Shown: positions 10,706 to 20,255 of the stretch, in pieces
Position numbering within the stretch: position 1 is the first letter of the stretch
Layout of the letters: the number at the start of each line of letters is the position of its first letter
Origin: an uncultured Actinomycetes bacterium
GTDB lineage: Bacteria > Actinomycetota > Thermoleophilia > Solirubrobacterales > Solirubrobacteraceae
Length of the DNA stretch: 64,000 nucleotides
Assembly (NCBI GenBank): GCA_963823375.1
Contig: CAWGLQ010000007.1
Coordinates: forward strand, 362 to 64,361
Direction of reading: 5' to 3'
Position numbers and translations under genes: made by a program
The notes under the pieces: generated by a model
Seen by the model: only the letters and a program-made list of their open reading frames with translations
What the model was told of the DNA's origin: nothing
Database searches by the model: none

Positions 10706-11416
10706 TCAGCCGCGGTCGGCGATCGCGAAGACGCGATTGGTCCACGGCGTCGGCGTGTCCGACACCGCGACGCTCGGGCGGTGGGGCAGCCGGAAGGCGG
10801 CGAAGCGCGCCAGGTCGCCGGGGCGGTGACGCTCGCGCGCGAGCACGAGCGTCTTGAACTGCTCGCCGGTCACGCGCGCGTCGCCGTGGAAGAGGAACCG
10901 CACGTTCGCGCCGGCTGCGTCGTAGAGCGCCCGGATGCTCTCCAGCGTCGGCAGGCCGTACTCGAGGTGCTCGCGCAGCCACGGATGCCCGTCGCCGGTG
11001 AGCTCGCGGTACCAGGCGTCGATCTCGGTCTCGAGCTCGTCGTGCTCCGGTGACCCGAGCGGGCAGCACAGCACCGAGCGGCGCTCGGTCACGCGCAGCA
11101 TCTCGGCGACGAAGCCCTCGCGCGCGGCGGGCGGCACGTGCTCGAGCGCGTCGAGGCTCGTCGTCGCGGTGAACGCCCCGTCCGGGAACGGCAGGTGGTC
11201 CTCGGGGACGATGACGTCGGCGGGCTCGGCGATGTTCGCCGCCAGGACCTCGCTGTGGGGCAGGTAGCCGCGCAGCTGACCCGGGAGGCCGCCGACGTCG
11301 AGCACCCGCTCCGGCGCGCCCAGGAGGTCCGCGACGATGAGATGCCGCTCGACGGTGTCCGGGGCGCACAGGACGTGGTCATCCACGATCCGGCGCATGC
11401 GGGTGAGCGCTGCCAT
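10706..11416 (-). CDS. SAM-dependent methyltransferase domain protein
   Basis: ATG at 11416, in frame with ORF 10706..12100 and intact. ERVLDVGGLPGQLRGYL...FPDGAFTATTSLDALEHVPPAAREGFVAEMLRV is a class I MTase-like core. Upstream ORF sequence (11417-12100) is an Arg/Ala-rich shadow of the GT2 on the other strand. Confidence 0.7.
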   Translation of the reverse strand: MAALTRMRRIVDDHVLCAPDTVERHLIVADLLGAPERVLDVGGLPGQLRGYLPHSEVLAANIAEPADVIVPEDHLPFPDGAFTATTSLDALEHVPPAAREGFVAEMLRVTERRSVLCCPLGSPEHDELETEIDAWYRELTGDGHPWLREHLEYGLPTLESIRALYDAAGANVRFLFHGDARVTGEQFKTLVLARERHRPGDLARFAAFRLPHRPSVAVSDTPTPWTNRVFAIADRG

Positions 11417-11443
11417 GCGGCGGCTCAGGCTAGCGTCCACGCC

Positions 11444-12358
11444 GTGGCCGACCCGTGGTGGATCGTCGTGCTGAACTGGAACGGGCGCGAGGACACCCTC
11501 GCCTGCCTGCGCTCGCTCGCGACGCTCGAGGGCGAGCCGCCGCGCGTCGTCGTCGCCGACAACGGATCGACCGACGGCGCCGTCGACGCCATCCGCGCCG
11601 AGTTCCCGGACGTCGACATCGTCGAGAACGGGGCGAACCTCGGCTTCTCCGGTGGCAACAACGCCGGCATCCGCCACGCGCTCGAGCGCGGCGCCGCGTG
11701 GGTCGTGCTGCTGAACAACGACGCGACGCTCGACCCGGGGGCGATCGACGCGCTGCGAACGGCCGCCGGCGCCCATCGGCGCGCGGGCGCCCTGGGCGGC
11801 AAGATCTTCTTCAGCGATCCGCCCGACCTCCTGTGGTTCGCGGGCCAGCGCTTCGACCCGCGCCTGGGCTACTCGGGCCGCCCGCGCGGCTACCGCAAGC
11901 CCGACGGACCGGAGTACTCGATGCTGGAGGCCGTGGACCGCGTCGCCGGGGCGTTCATGGCGGTGTCGCGCCCGGCGCTGGAGCAGGCGGGCCTGCTCGA
12001 CGAGGAGCTGTTCGCCTACGTCGAGGACGTCGACTGGTCGCTGCGCATCCGCGAGGCGGGGTTCGACGTCCTGTTCGTCCCCGGCGCCGTCGCGCGTCAC
12101 CGCGTCTCGGCATCGACCGGCGGCGAGCGCGGGTCGACGAACGCCCTCTACTACGGCGTGCGCAACACGATCGCCGTCTGCGAGCGCCGGCTGCCGCTCG
12201 CCCGGCCGCTCGCCGCCCTGCGCCGCTGGGAGATCTTCGCGGTCTTCATGGCGCAGGCGCTGCTGCTGTCCGAGGGGCGCGGCCCGTTCGTCCGCGCCGT
12301 CCGCGACGGCTACCGCGACGTGCGCGCCGGGCGCTTCGGCGAGCGGCCGGCGGCCTGA
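11444..12358 (+). CDS. GT2 glycosyltransferase
   Basis: GTG at 11444. WWIVVLNWNGREDTLACLRSLATL...VVVADNGSTDGAVDAI...NLGFSGGNNAGIRHALERGAAWVVLLNNDATLDP...FAYVEDVDWSLRIREAGFDVLFVPGAVARHR is the classic GT2 (rhamnosyltransferase-like) layout. Intact. Confidence 0.8.
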   Translation: MADPWWIVVLNWNGREDTLACLRSLATLEGEPPRVVVADNGSTDGAVDAIRAEFPDVDIVENGANLGFSGGNNAGIRHALERGAAWVVLLNNDATLDPGAIDALRTAAGAHRRAGALGGKIFFSDPPDLLWFAGQRFDPRLGYSGRPRGYRKPDGPEYSMLEAVDRVAGAFMAVSRPALEQAGLLDEELFAYVEDVDWSLRIREAGFDVLFVPGAVARHRVSASTGGERGSTNALYYGVRNTIAVCERRLPLARPLAALRRWEIFAVFMAQALLLSEGRGPFVRAVRDGYRDVRAGRFGERPAA

Positions 12359-12362
12359 GCGC

Positions 12363-13529
12363 TCAGGCGCGCGCCAGCTCGGCGCGGTAGGCCGCGCGCA
12401 GCCGGTCCGCCAGCGCGGCCGCCGAGTACTGCTCGAGCCGCTCGGTGCCGACCCCCGACCGCGCGCCCGGAGCGCCGGCCAGCGGCCCGGCGCGCAGCGC
12501 GTCCGCCAGGCCGCGCCAGTCCCCGGGCGTCACGAGCGTCCCGGCGTCCCCGACGACCTCCGGGATCGCGCCGCTCCCGCAGGCGATCACGGGCGTCCCG
12601 CATGCCATCGCCTCGACGAGGACCATTCCGAACTGCTCCTCCCACGTGGGCGTCGGGATGCTCGCGAGCACGAGCGCCGAGGCGGCCGCGTAGAGCGCCG
12701 GCATCTCGTCGTAGGGGACCGTCCGCCGGAACTCGGTGTGCGCCGCGACGCCGAGCTCGGCCGCGTAGCGCTCGAGCTTGGCCCGCTCCGGGCCGTCGCC
12801 GACGATCAGCAGCCGCACGTCGTCGCGCGGCGGCGCGTCGATGCCCAGGCGCAGCGCCGCGAACGCCCGCAGGACGTCCTGGTGGCCCTTCTCCCAGACC
12901 AGGCGGCCCGCGGAGAGGATCGTGTGGCCGGAGCCCGCCGCAGGGCCGCCCGCCGCCTCGGCGCCGCGGGCGAACCGGTCCAGGTCGATGCCGGGCGGGC
13001 ACACGCCGATCCGCTCCTGCGGGACGCCCTCGAGCAGGAGCGCCGCACGCGCGCGGCCCGTCGTCGCCAGGTAGCGGTCGCCGGCGGCGAGGACGGCGCG
13101 CCGGTAGGCCCGCTCGCGGCGCCAGCGGTAGGCCTCGCGGAACGCGATCGTCTCCCACACGGTCAGCAGCAGGCGAAAGCCCTCCCGGTCGCGCAGCGCG
13201 GCCGCCTGCGCGGCGTACCAGGTGGCGAGCTCGGCGGCGTGCACGATGTCCGCGCCGCGCAGGTGCTCGTCGAGGCCCAGGTAGCGCTCGCCGAGCGCGT
13301 ATGCCGCGCCGCCGGTGATCCGGCCCGAGCCCGGGAGGACGTCGCGCGGCGTGCGCACCTGCTCGATCGGCAGGCCCAGGCCCTCGGTCTGGTGGAGGTT
13401 GGACCCCGTCACCAGGACGCGGACGTCGAACTCGTCGAGCAGCAGCTCCCAGGGCCGCAGATCCCACACGTTCGCGTGGTGACCGCGGAGCAGGACGACG
13501 CGCGGGCGGTGGCCGGGGGACGCTGGCAT
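12363..13529 (-). CDS. GT4-family glycosyltransferase
   Basis: Intact 388-aa ORF. ...ILSAGRLVWEKGHQDVLRAFA...LLIVGDGPERAKLERYAAELGV...WEEQFGMVLVEAMACGTPVIACGSGAIPEVVGDAGTLVTPGD. Confidence 0.85.
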   Translation of the reverse strand: MPASPGHRPRVVLLRGHHANVWDLRPWELLLDEFDVRVLVTGSNLHQTEGLGLPIEQVRTPRDVLPGSGRITGGAAYALGERYLGLDEHLRGADIVHAAELATWYAAQAAALRDREGFRLLLTVWETIAFREAYRWRRERAYRRAVLAAGDRYLATTGRARAALLLEGVPQERIGVCPPGIDLDRFARGAEAAGGPAAGSGHTILSAGRLVWEKGHQDVLRAFAALRLGIDAPPRDDVRLLIVGDGPERAKLERYAAELGVAAHTEFRRTVPYDEMPALYAAASALVLASIPTPTWEEQFGMVLVEAMACGTPVIACGSGAIPEVVGDAGTLVTPGDWRGLADALRAGPLAGAPGARSGVGTERLEQYSAAALADRLRAAYRAELARA

Positions 13530-13595
13530 CGGTGCCGCAGCGTAGTCACCGCGACCCGGGGCCGCCGGGACGGGCCGCTACGCTCGCCGGGCGCT

Positions 13596-15068
13596 ATGGC
13601 CGTGTCTGGCGAATCGGATCGCGTCTCCGACGTCCTCGACTCAGGCGAGGCCGGCGGCAGGGCGATCCGTGGCGCAGGCTTCCGCGTGGCGGGCTACGTC
13701 GCGAGCCTGCTGATCGCGCTCGCGGCGGTCCCGTTCATGATCCGCCACCTCGGCGCGGTCGACTACGGCTACTACGTCACCGTCTCGTCGATCGTCTTCA
13801 TCATCGGCGGGCTCACCGAGGCGGGGCTCACGGCGCTCGGCGTGCGCGAGTACTCGACGCTGGAGGGCGCCGACCGCGACCGCTTCCAGCGCAGTCTCAT
13901 CGGGCTGCGGCTCGTGCTCACCGCCGTGGGCATCGTCGTCGCCTCCGCGCTCACCTGGGTGACGGGCGCCGAGCGCGAGGTCGTCATCGGAACACTCATC
14001 GCGGGCCTCGGCCTGCTCGTCGCGCTGAGCCAGCAGACCTACGCGATCCCGCTGACCGCCGAGCTGCGGATCGGGTGGGTCACGATCCTCGACGTCCTCA
14101 AGCAGACGGCGCTCACGTCGTGCTTCCTGATCGCGGTCCTCGTCGGGGCGGGGCTCAACGCGTTCTTCTGGGCGAGCGTCATCGCGGGGCTCGTGATGCT
14201 CGTCGTGACCCTCGCGCTCGTCCGCGGGCACGCGCCGCTGATTCCCAGCCGCGACGTCACCCACTGGGGCCGCGTGCTGAAGGAGACGCTGCCGTACGCG
14301 GCCGCCGCGGCCGTCGGCCTCATCTACTTCCGCATCGCGGTCGTCCTGATGTCGTACGTCTCCTCGGCGGAGGAGACGGGCATCTTCTCGGCGGCGTTCC
14401 GCATCGTCGAGGTCGTGGCGACGCTCCCGCTGATGCTCGTGCTGACGGTCTTCCCGATCCTCGCCCGGGCGGCGCGCGACGACGAGCAGCGCCTGTCCTA
14501 TGCGCTGCAGCGCGTCTTCGAGGTCTCGCTGATCATCGGCGGGCTGCTCGCCATCGGCCTGGCGGTGGCGGCCCCGTTCGCGATCGAGGTCGTCGCCGGA
14601 CCGGGCTTCGAGGAGTCCGTCGACGTGCTGCGGATCCTCTCGCTCGCGCTCGTCACCTCGTTCCTCGCGCAGACGTGGAGCTACGGCCTGCTGTCGCTCA
14701 AGCGCTTCGGCGCGATCCTCGTCGTGAACTGCATCGCCGCGGCGGTCGCGATCGGGACGACACTCGCGCTCGCCGGGCCCTGGGGGGCCAACGGGGCCGC
14801 GGTCGCGACGGTCGTCGCGGAGGCGGCGCTGTGCGTCGCGGCGGCGATCGCGCTCGGACGGCACAGCCGCGCGCTGTCGCCCGACCTGCGGATCATCCCG
14901 AAGGTCTGCCTGGCCGCCGGGCTCGCCATCGGCGTCGCGATCGTCGTGCCCGCGCCGGCGGTCGTCCTGGCGTTCCTCAGCGGCGGCGTCTACCTCGGCG
15001 TCGTGCTCGCGCTGCGCGCCGTCCCGCCCGAGCTCTTCGACGCGCTGCGCCAGCGCGCCAACACCTAG
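13596..15068 (+). CDS. Wzx-like oligosaccharide/polysaccharide flippase (MOP superfamily)
   Basis: ATG at 13596 in ORF 12738..15068. About 490 aa with 12 or more hydrophobic helices: GYVASLLIALAAVPFMIRHLGAVDYGYYVTVSSIVFIIGGL...ETLPYAAAAAVGLIYFRIAVVLMSYV...GIFSAAFRIVEV. This is the typical polysaccharide biosynthesis protein pattern. Intact. Confidence 0.75.
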   Translation: MAVSGESDRVSDVLDSGEAGGRAIRGAGFRVAGYVASLLIALAAVPFMIRHLGAVDYGYYVTVSSIVFIIGGLTEAGLTALGVREYSTLEGADRDRFQRSLIGLRLVLTAVGIVVASALTWVTGAEREVVIGTLIAGLGLLVALSQQTYAIPLTAELRIGWVTILDVLKQTALTSCFLIAVLVGAGLNAFFWASVIAGLVMLVVTLALVRGHAPLIPSRDVTHWGRVLKETLPYAAAAAVGLIYFRIAVVLMSYVSSAEETGIFSAAFRIVEVVATLPLMLVLTVFPILARAARDDEQRLSYALQRVFEVSLIIGGLLAIGLAVAAPFAIEVVAGPGFEESVDVLRILSLALVTSFLAQTWSYGLLSLKRFGAILVVNCIAAAVAIGTTLALAGPWGANGAAVATVVAEAALCVAAAIALGRHSRALSPDLRIIPKVCLAAGLAIGVAIVVPAPAVVLAFLSGGVYLGVVLALRAVPPELFDALRQRANT

Positions 15069-15079
15069 ACTCGCGGCCG

Positions 15080-15733
15080 ATGACCGACGGCAAAGACGCC
15101 GGCTATTACGCCAACGAGCGCGCCGACGTCGTCGCCGAGCTGCCGCGCCCGCTGGGCCGCGTGCTCGACGTCGGCTGCGGGGCCGGCGGCGTGGGCCGCA
15201 GCCTGCGCGCCGCGGGCGCGGACCACCTGACCGGCGTCGAGGTCCACGAGCCGTCCGCCGACCTCGCCCGCGAGGTGTTCGACACGGTCGTCGTCGGGAC
15301 CGTCGAGGACGGGCTGGCCTCCGGCGAGCTGACCGGGCCCTTCGACACCATCGTCTGTTACGACGTGCTCGAGCATCTCGTCGATCCCGCCGCCGTCCTG
15401 AACCAGCTGCGCGGGCTCGCCGCCCCCGGCGGCCGCCTGCACGTGTCCGTGCCGAACGCGCGGCACTTCAGCCTCGTGCGCGACCTCGTCTTCAAGGGCA
15501 GCTTCGCCTACACCGACTGGGGCCACCGCGACTCCACCCACCTGCGCTGGTTCACGCGCCGCGACATCATCGCCGCGGTGCAGGAGGCCGGCTGGACCGT
15601 CGACGCGTTCGCCCCGAACACGTTCGGCGGGCACGACCGGACGGTCGACCGCCTGACCCTCGGCCGTACGCGGGAGTTCATCGCACTGCAGTGGCACGTC
15701 CTGGCGCACGTACCGGGCAGCGGCGGCGCATGA
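15080..15733 (+). CDS. class I SAM-dependent methyltransferase
   Basis: ATG at 15080. RVLDVGCGAGGVGRSLRAAGADHLTGVEV...FDTIVCYDVLEHLVDPAAVLNQLRGLAAPGGRLHVSVPN. The stop overlaps the next ATG (ATGA at 15730-15733). Confidence 0.85.
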   Translation: MTDGKDAGYYANERADVVAELPRPLGRVLDVGCGAGGVGRSLRAAGADHLTGVEVHEPSADLAREVFDTVVVGTVEDGLASGELTGPFDTIVCYDVLEHLVDPAAVLNQLRGLAAPGGRLHVSVPNARHFSLVRDLVFKGSFAYTDWGHRDSTHLRWFTRRDIIAAVQEAGWTVDAFAPNTFGGHDRTVDRLTLGRTREFIALQWHVLAHVPGSGGA

Positions 15734-17175
15734 GCAGGATCCCGGCGCCGCTGCTGGCGCTCCTGGCCGTCGCGCTCCTCGTCGGGACTGCCTGGTCGCT
15801 CGTCAGCCCGCCGTTCCAGACGCCCGACGAGGGGGCGCACGTCGCATACGCGCAGTCGCTCGCCGAGCGCCACGAACTGCCCGGCGACGCGGGCCGTCCA
15901 GGGTTCTCGCTCGAGCACAGCACCGCGATGGGCGCGGTCAACGCCGATCAGGTCGCGTCCGTTCTGGCCACGAAGCCCGAGTGGTCGCAGGCGGTCGCCG
16001 CACGCTGGGACGCGACGCTGTCGGGGCTCCCGGCGTCGGCGCGCTCGAACGGCGGCGGCCCCAACCCGGCGTCGACGAACCCTCCGGTCAGCTACGTCGC
16101 CGACGCGGCCGCCTACAAGCTCGTCGGCGGGAGCTTCTTCACGCGGCTGTGGGCGATGCGCATGACCTCCGTCCTCGCGTTCCTGCTCACGGTGCTGGGG
16201 ACGTGGCTGCTCTGCGGCGAGGTCTTCGCCCGCAATCGGCTGCTGCAGACGACGGCGGCCGGGTGCGTCGCGCTGGCGCCGATGCTCGGCTTCCTCGCGG
16301 GCGCGGTGATGCCGGACTCGCTCGTGATCGGGCTGTCGACGATCGCCCTGTGGCTCGGGGCGCGGATCGTCCGTCGCGGCGTGAGCACGCGCGACGCGCT
16401 CGCGCTCGGCCTCGTCATCGGCGTCGCCGCGGCAACGAAGTCGGCGAGCCTCGTGCTGCTGCCGCCCGCGCTGCTCGCGCTCGCCGTCGGCGGGCTGCGC
16501 ACGCGCACCCGCGCCGGCTCGCTGCGCGCCGCGCTCGTCCCGATCGCCGCGTGGGGGGCGGGCATCGTCGCGACGCTCGGCGTCTGGGTCATCGCCGCCC
16601 GGGTGACGGGGCGCGCCGCCTCCGGGCAGGTGGCCGGCACCGCGGCGACCGCGCTGAATCCGCGCGAGATGCTCAGCTACCTCTGGCAGTTCTACCTCCC
16701 GAAGCTGCCCTTCATGCAGACCTACCGTCGCCAGCACGACGACATCCCGGTCTTCGAGTACTGGGTGAAGGGCACGTGGGCGAACTTCGGCTGGCTCGAG
16801 GTCCACTTCTCCAACACCGTCTACTTCGTGCTCGCGGCGGTCATGGTGCTCGTCGCGCTGCTCGCGGTCACGGCGCTCGTGCGGCTGCGCGCCCGGGTGG
16901 ACGTGTGGCTGCTGGCGTTCTTCGCGCTCGCCGCGCTCACCGTGCTCGCCGGCATCCACTGGACCGACTACCGCCAGCTCGAGGGCGGGGCGGTCGCGTT
17001 CGTCCAGGGTCGCTACGTGCTCCCGCTCGCCGGGCTCGCCGGCCTGCTCGTCGCGCTCGCCCTGCGCGGCCTCCCGGAGCGACGACGCGCGATCGGCGCC
17101 GCCGTCGTGCTGTCCGGGCTCTTCACGCTGACGGTGTTCTCGCTCGCGCTCACCCTGGACCGGTTCTATGCGTAG
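15730..17175 (+). CDS. polytopic membrane protein, resembles DUF2142 family
   Basis: ATG at 15730: MSRIPAPLLALLAVALLVGTAWSLVSPPFQTPDEGAHVAYAQSL (PDE..H after TM1). About 10 further helices follow. The family assignment is from memory and is tentative. Confidence 0.6.
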   Translation: MSRIPAPLLALLAVALLVGTAWSLVSPPFQTPDEGAHVAYAQSLAERHELPGDAGRPGFSLEHSTAMGAVNADQVASVLATKPEWSQAVAARWDATLSGLPASARSNGGGPNPASTNPPVSYVADAAAYKLVGGSFFTRLWAMRMTSVLAFLLTVLGTWLLCGEVFARNRLLQTTAAGCVALAPMLGFLAGAVMPDSLVIGLSTIALWLGARIVRRGVSTRDALALGLVIGVAAATKSASLVLLPPALLALAVGGLRTRTRAGSLRAALVPIAAWGAGIVATLGVWVIAARVTGRAASGQVAGTAATALNPREMLSYLWQFYLPKLPFMQTYRRQHDDIPVFEYWVKGTWANFGWLEVHFSNTVYFVLAAVMVLVALLAVTALVRLRARVDVWLLAFFALAALTVLAGIHWTDYRQLEGGAVAFVQGRYVLPLAGLAGLLVALALRGLPERRRAIGAAVVLSGLFTLTVFSLALTLDRFYA

Positions 17176-17860
17176 GCCCGTCCTCGTCCTGCTCGGGCTC
17201 TGCCTTGCCGCGGTGCTCGCCCTGGTCGTCCTCGCAGGCGCGCGCGAGACGCAGCTCGCGTTCACGATCGGCGTGACGCCCGCGGGCCCGCAGCGCGCGA
17301 TCGAGCCGGGGCAGACGGGCTGCCAGGGGACGATCGACGTGCCGGAGGGCGGCGCGTTCGACGCGGTCGAGGTCGCGCTCGGGACGTTCGGGCGTCCCGG
17401 GCCGGCGCTGGCCGCGACGATCCGCGAGCAGCCGGGCGGGGCGGTCCTCGCGAGCGGGCGGCTCGCCGGCGGCTACCCGGACGTCGCCGACGGCCTGCAG
17501 CGCATCGCGCTGGACCGCGAGGTTCCCGCCGGCAGCCGGATCGCCGTCTGCCTGCGCAACGCGGGGAGCACGAAGGTCGCCCCGTTCGGCAACGGCGACG
17601 TCGCCAACGGGCTCTCGACCTACACGGTCGACGGCGAGCCCGCCGGGACCGACATCACGATCCGCTTCCAGCAGCCCGCGCAGTCGATGCTCAGCCGCTT
17701 CGGGGAGGTCGCCGACCGCGCGGCGCTGTTCCGCCCGGGCTGGGTCGGGGCGTGGACGTACTGGCTCATGGCCGCCGTGATCGCGCTCGGCATTCCCGCC
17801 CTGCTGGCGTTCGCGCTGCGCGGAGCGCTGCGCTCCGGCGCCGGCGACTCAGGCGACTGA
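17168..17860 (+). CDS. hypothetical membrane-anchored protein (N-terminal and C-terminal TM helices)
   Basis: Intact 230-aa ORF overlapping the upstream gene by 8 nt. MRRPVLVLLGLCLAAVLALVVLAG...WTYWLMAAVIALGIPALLAFAL. No recognisable family. Confidence 0.55.
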   Translation: MRRPVLVLLGLCLAAVLALVVLAGARETQLAFTIGVTPAGPQRAIEPGQTGCQGTIDVPEGGAFDAVEVALGTFGRPGPALAATIREQPGGAVLASGRLAGGYPDVADGLQRIALDREVPAGSRIAVCLRNAGSTKVAPFGNGDVANGLSTYTVDGEPAGTDITIRFQQPAQSMLSRFGEVADRAALFRPGWVGAWTYWLMAAVIALGIPALLAFALRGALRSGAGDSGD

Positions 17861-19955
17861 GTCGCGCAGCCGCAGCGCGTCGCGCAGCCCGGCCTCGACC
17901 TCGCGCGCCGCGGCCTCCCACGTGTGGGCCGCGACGAACGCGCGCCCGGCGTCCGAGCGGCGCTGCCACAGCGTCTCGTCGTCCATCAGCCGCTCGAGGT
18001 GGTCGGCCAGCTCGACGATGGAGAACCCGCTGAGCTCGGCCGGGCCGTCGGCGCCGAAGACGCTCTCCGACGAGTAGCCCGCGAGGTCCACGCACGGCAG
18101 GCCGCAGGCCATCATCTCCTGCGGCACGCGCGAGTAGTTCGTCATCGAGAGGCACAGGCCGGCGGTCGCCTCCGAGTAGAGCCACGCGAGCTGCTCCTGC
18201 GCGGCGACGCCCGCATGCTCGTAGGGGAACGAGGTGTCGTTCGGCTTCGGGTCGCCGTAGATGACGATCCGCGTGTCCGGGCGGCGGCGGTACAGCTCGG
18301 CGAGGGCGAGCAGCCCGAGCGGGACGGCGCGGCGCGCGGTGACCGAGCGCCCGTAGAAGACGACCATGTCGCGGCGGCGGGCGATGTCGCGCGGGTGGTA
18401 GACGGTCGGGTCCTGGCCGAGCTGGAAGACGGACGCCGTCCCGCCGTAGCGCTCGCGCACGATGTCCGCGAGCCAGGGGCTCGCGCAGATCGCGTGCAGG
18501 CCCTTCGTGTAGGTCTCGGCGGCCCAGCGCTGCTCGGCGGCCGTCGCGTAGAACTCGGGCTCGTGGTCCTGCACGAAGTAGGCCCGCGCACGCGTCGCGC
18601 CGAGCTGCAGGACGGGGAAGACGGTCTGCCAGCCGGTGGCGAGCGCCACGTCGGCGCCGTACCAGTCGTCGAAGCCGACGAAGACGGGCGCGTCGAGCGC
18701 GGCGAACTCCGTGCGGATGCGCTCGCGGATGACCGCGGGCGCCTCGTGCATCTCGCCGCGCGGGTCGTCGATCCAGACCGAGCACGTGTGGCCCAGGCGC
18801 TCGATCTCGCTGAAGATCCGGAAGATCGTGTCGTGCCCGCCGCTGCCCTTGCGGAACGGCGGGATGACGATCGCGACGTGCAGCGGCGTGTGCTCGGCGA
18901 CGCCCGGAACGGGCGGCAGCAGCGGCGCGGCGCCGTGCACCTCGTGGTCGAGGATCTCGGCGAACAGCTCCTTCGGGCGGCGGGGCGGCACGTGCGTCAG
19001 CGGCCCGGGACCGGTCGTCGGGCCCGCGGCGTCGTCACGGCCCTCCAGCGACAGCGCGCGGCGCGCGGTCGGCGGCAGGCGGTCGGCGCGCGAGCCCAGC
19101 GCGGAGAAGACGCGGCGCCCGCCGTGATGTGCGGCCGAGCGCGCCGTCCAGAGCGCGCGCTCGGTCCCGCCGGCGCCCTGCGCACCGAGGTAGGCGCGGT
19201 CGCGGGCGACCTGATCGCGCACCTCGCGCGCGGTCGAGCGCACGCCGATCCGCTCGACGTGCCCGGTCGTCTCGTGCAGGCCGCGGTACTCGTCGAAGTA
19301 GCGCCGCATGAAGCCGCTCCAGGGGTAGTCGTGCGCGTGCAGCACGCCCGCATCCGGGGCGTAGGCCTTCAGCCATCCGGCCTGGAAGAGGTCACGCGCG
19401 AACGCCTGGTCCTCGGCGTAGGGCACGTCGCGGAAGCCGATCTCCTCGAGCGCGGCGCGGCGGTAGGCGGCGTTCGCGTTGGAGAGGAAGCCGGGGTGCC
19501 AGGACCCGTCATCGAGGCCGTGCTGGATCGCGGGACCGCCGTCGGGGCTGAACCCGGCGAAGAACTCGGTGCAGCTCGCGGGCGATCATCGGGCTCGTGT
19601 CCGGGCGCGGCAGGTGCGGGCCGAAGGCGGCCGCGATCCGCTCGTCGAGCGCGAGCGCCTCCGCGTAGGCCGCCAGCCAGCCGGGGACGGGGGTCGCGTC
19701 CTGCGTGAGGAAGGCGATCAGCTCGCCGCTCGTGTGCTCGACGGCGAGGTTGCGCGTGCGGCCGTGGCCGAACTCGGACGGCGGGATCTCCAGCACCGTG
19801 ACGCCCGCGCTGCGGGCGATGCCGACGGACCCGTCGGACGAGCCCGAGTCGATGACGAGCACCTCGTCCGGCTGCTCCCGCGCGACGGCCGCGAGCACCT
19901 CGGCAAGCCAGCGCGCCCCGTCCTTGACGGGGATGACGACCGCGGTGGTCGCCAT
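17849..19955 (-). pseudogene. bifunctional glycosyltransferase: N-terminal GT2 plus C-terminal WsaF-like (GT4-type rhamnosyltransferase-like) domain, one frame break
   Basis: ATG at 19955: MATTAVVIPVKDGARWLAEVLAAV...VLVIDSGSSDGS...ELIAFLTQDATP...SPMIAREL. A break near 19570 leads to TEFFAGFSPDGG...FLSNANAAYRRAALEEIGFRDVPYAEDQAF... (ORF 17849..19426). The C-terminal half, VAIVIPPFRKGSGGHDTIFRIF...AYFVQDHEPEFY...NYSRVPQEMMACGLPCVDL, resembles WsaF-type transferases. Confidence 0.75.
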
Positions 19956-20233
19956 CAGCCGAGCAGGCGCCGCTTCAGCCGCTTGGCCTGGCGCAGCGGC
20001 CAGCGGACCGCGCGCAGCAGGCCGCGGAACTGCGCGGCGCCCGGGCGCTCCATCAGGGCGTTCAGGTCGAGCCCCCAGCGGTCCAGCCAGTAGGTGCGCT
20101 CCTGCGACGCGGCGACGAGCGCGTTCGTGCGCGCGGCCTGGTCGGCGAGCTCGCCCTCGAGCTGGGCGACGCGCTCGCGCAGCTGCGCGTTCTCCGCCGC
20201 GAGGGCCTCGGTGGCGTTGAGGTCCACGTCCAC
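19955..20233 (-). CDS. small coiled-coil protein (92 aa)
   Basis: GTG at 20233: DVDLNATEALAAENAQLRERVAQLEGELADQAARTNALVAASQERTYWLDRWGLDLNALMERPGAAQF. The stop shares one base with the downstream ATG (TGATG at 19953-19957). Confidence 0.55.
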   Translation of the reverse strand: MDVDLNATEALAAENAQLRERVAQLEGELADQAARTNALVAASQERTYWLDRWGLDLNALMERPGAAQFRGLLRAVRWPLRQAKRLKRRLLG

Positions 20234-20255
20234 GCCGAACAGGGTAGTCGGCCGG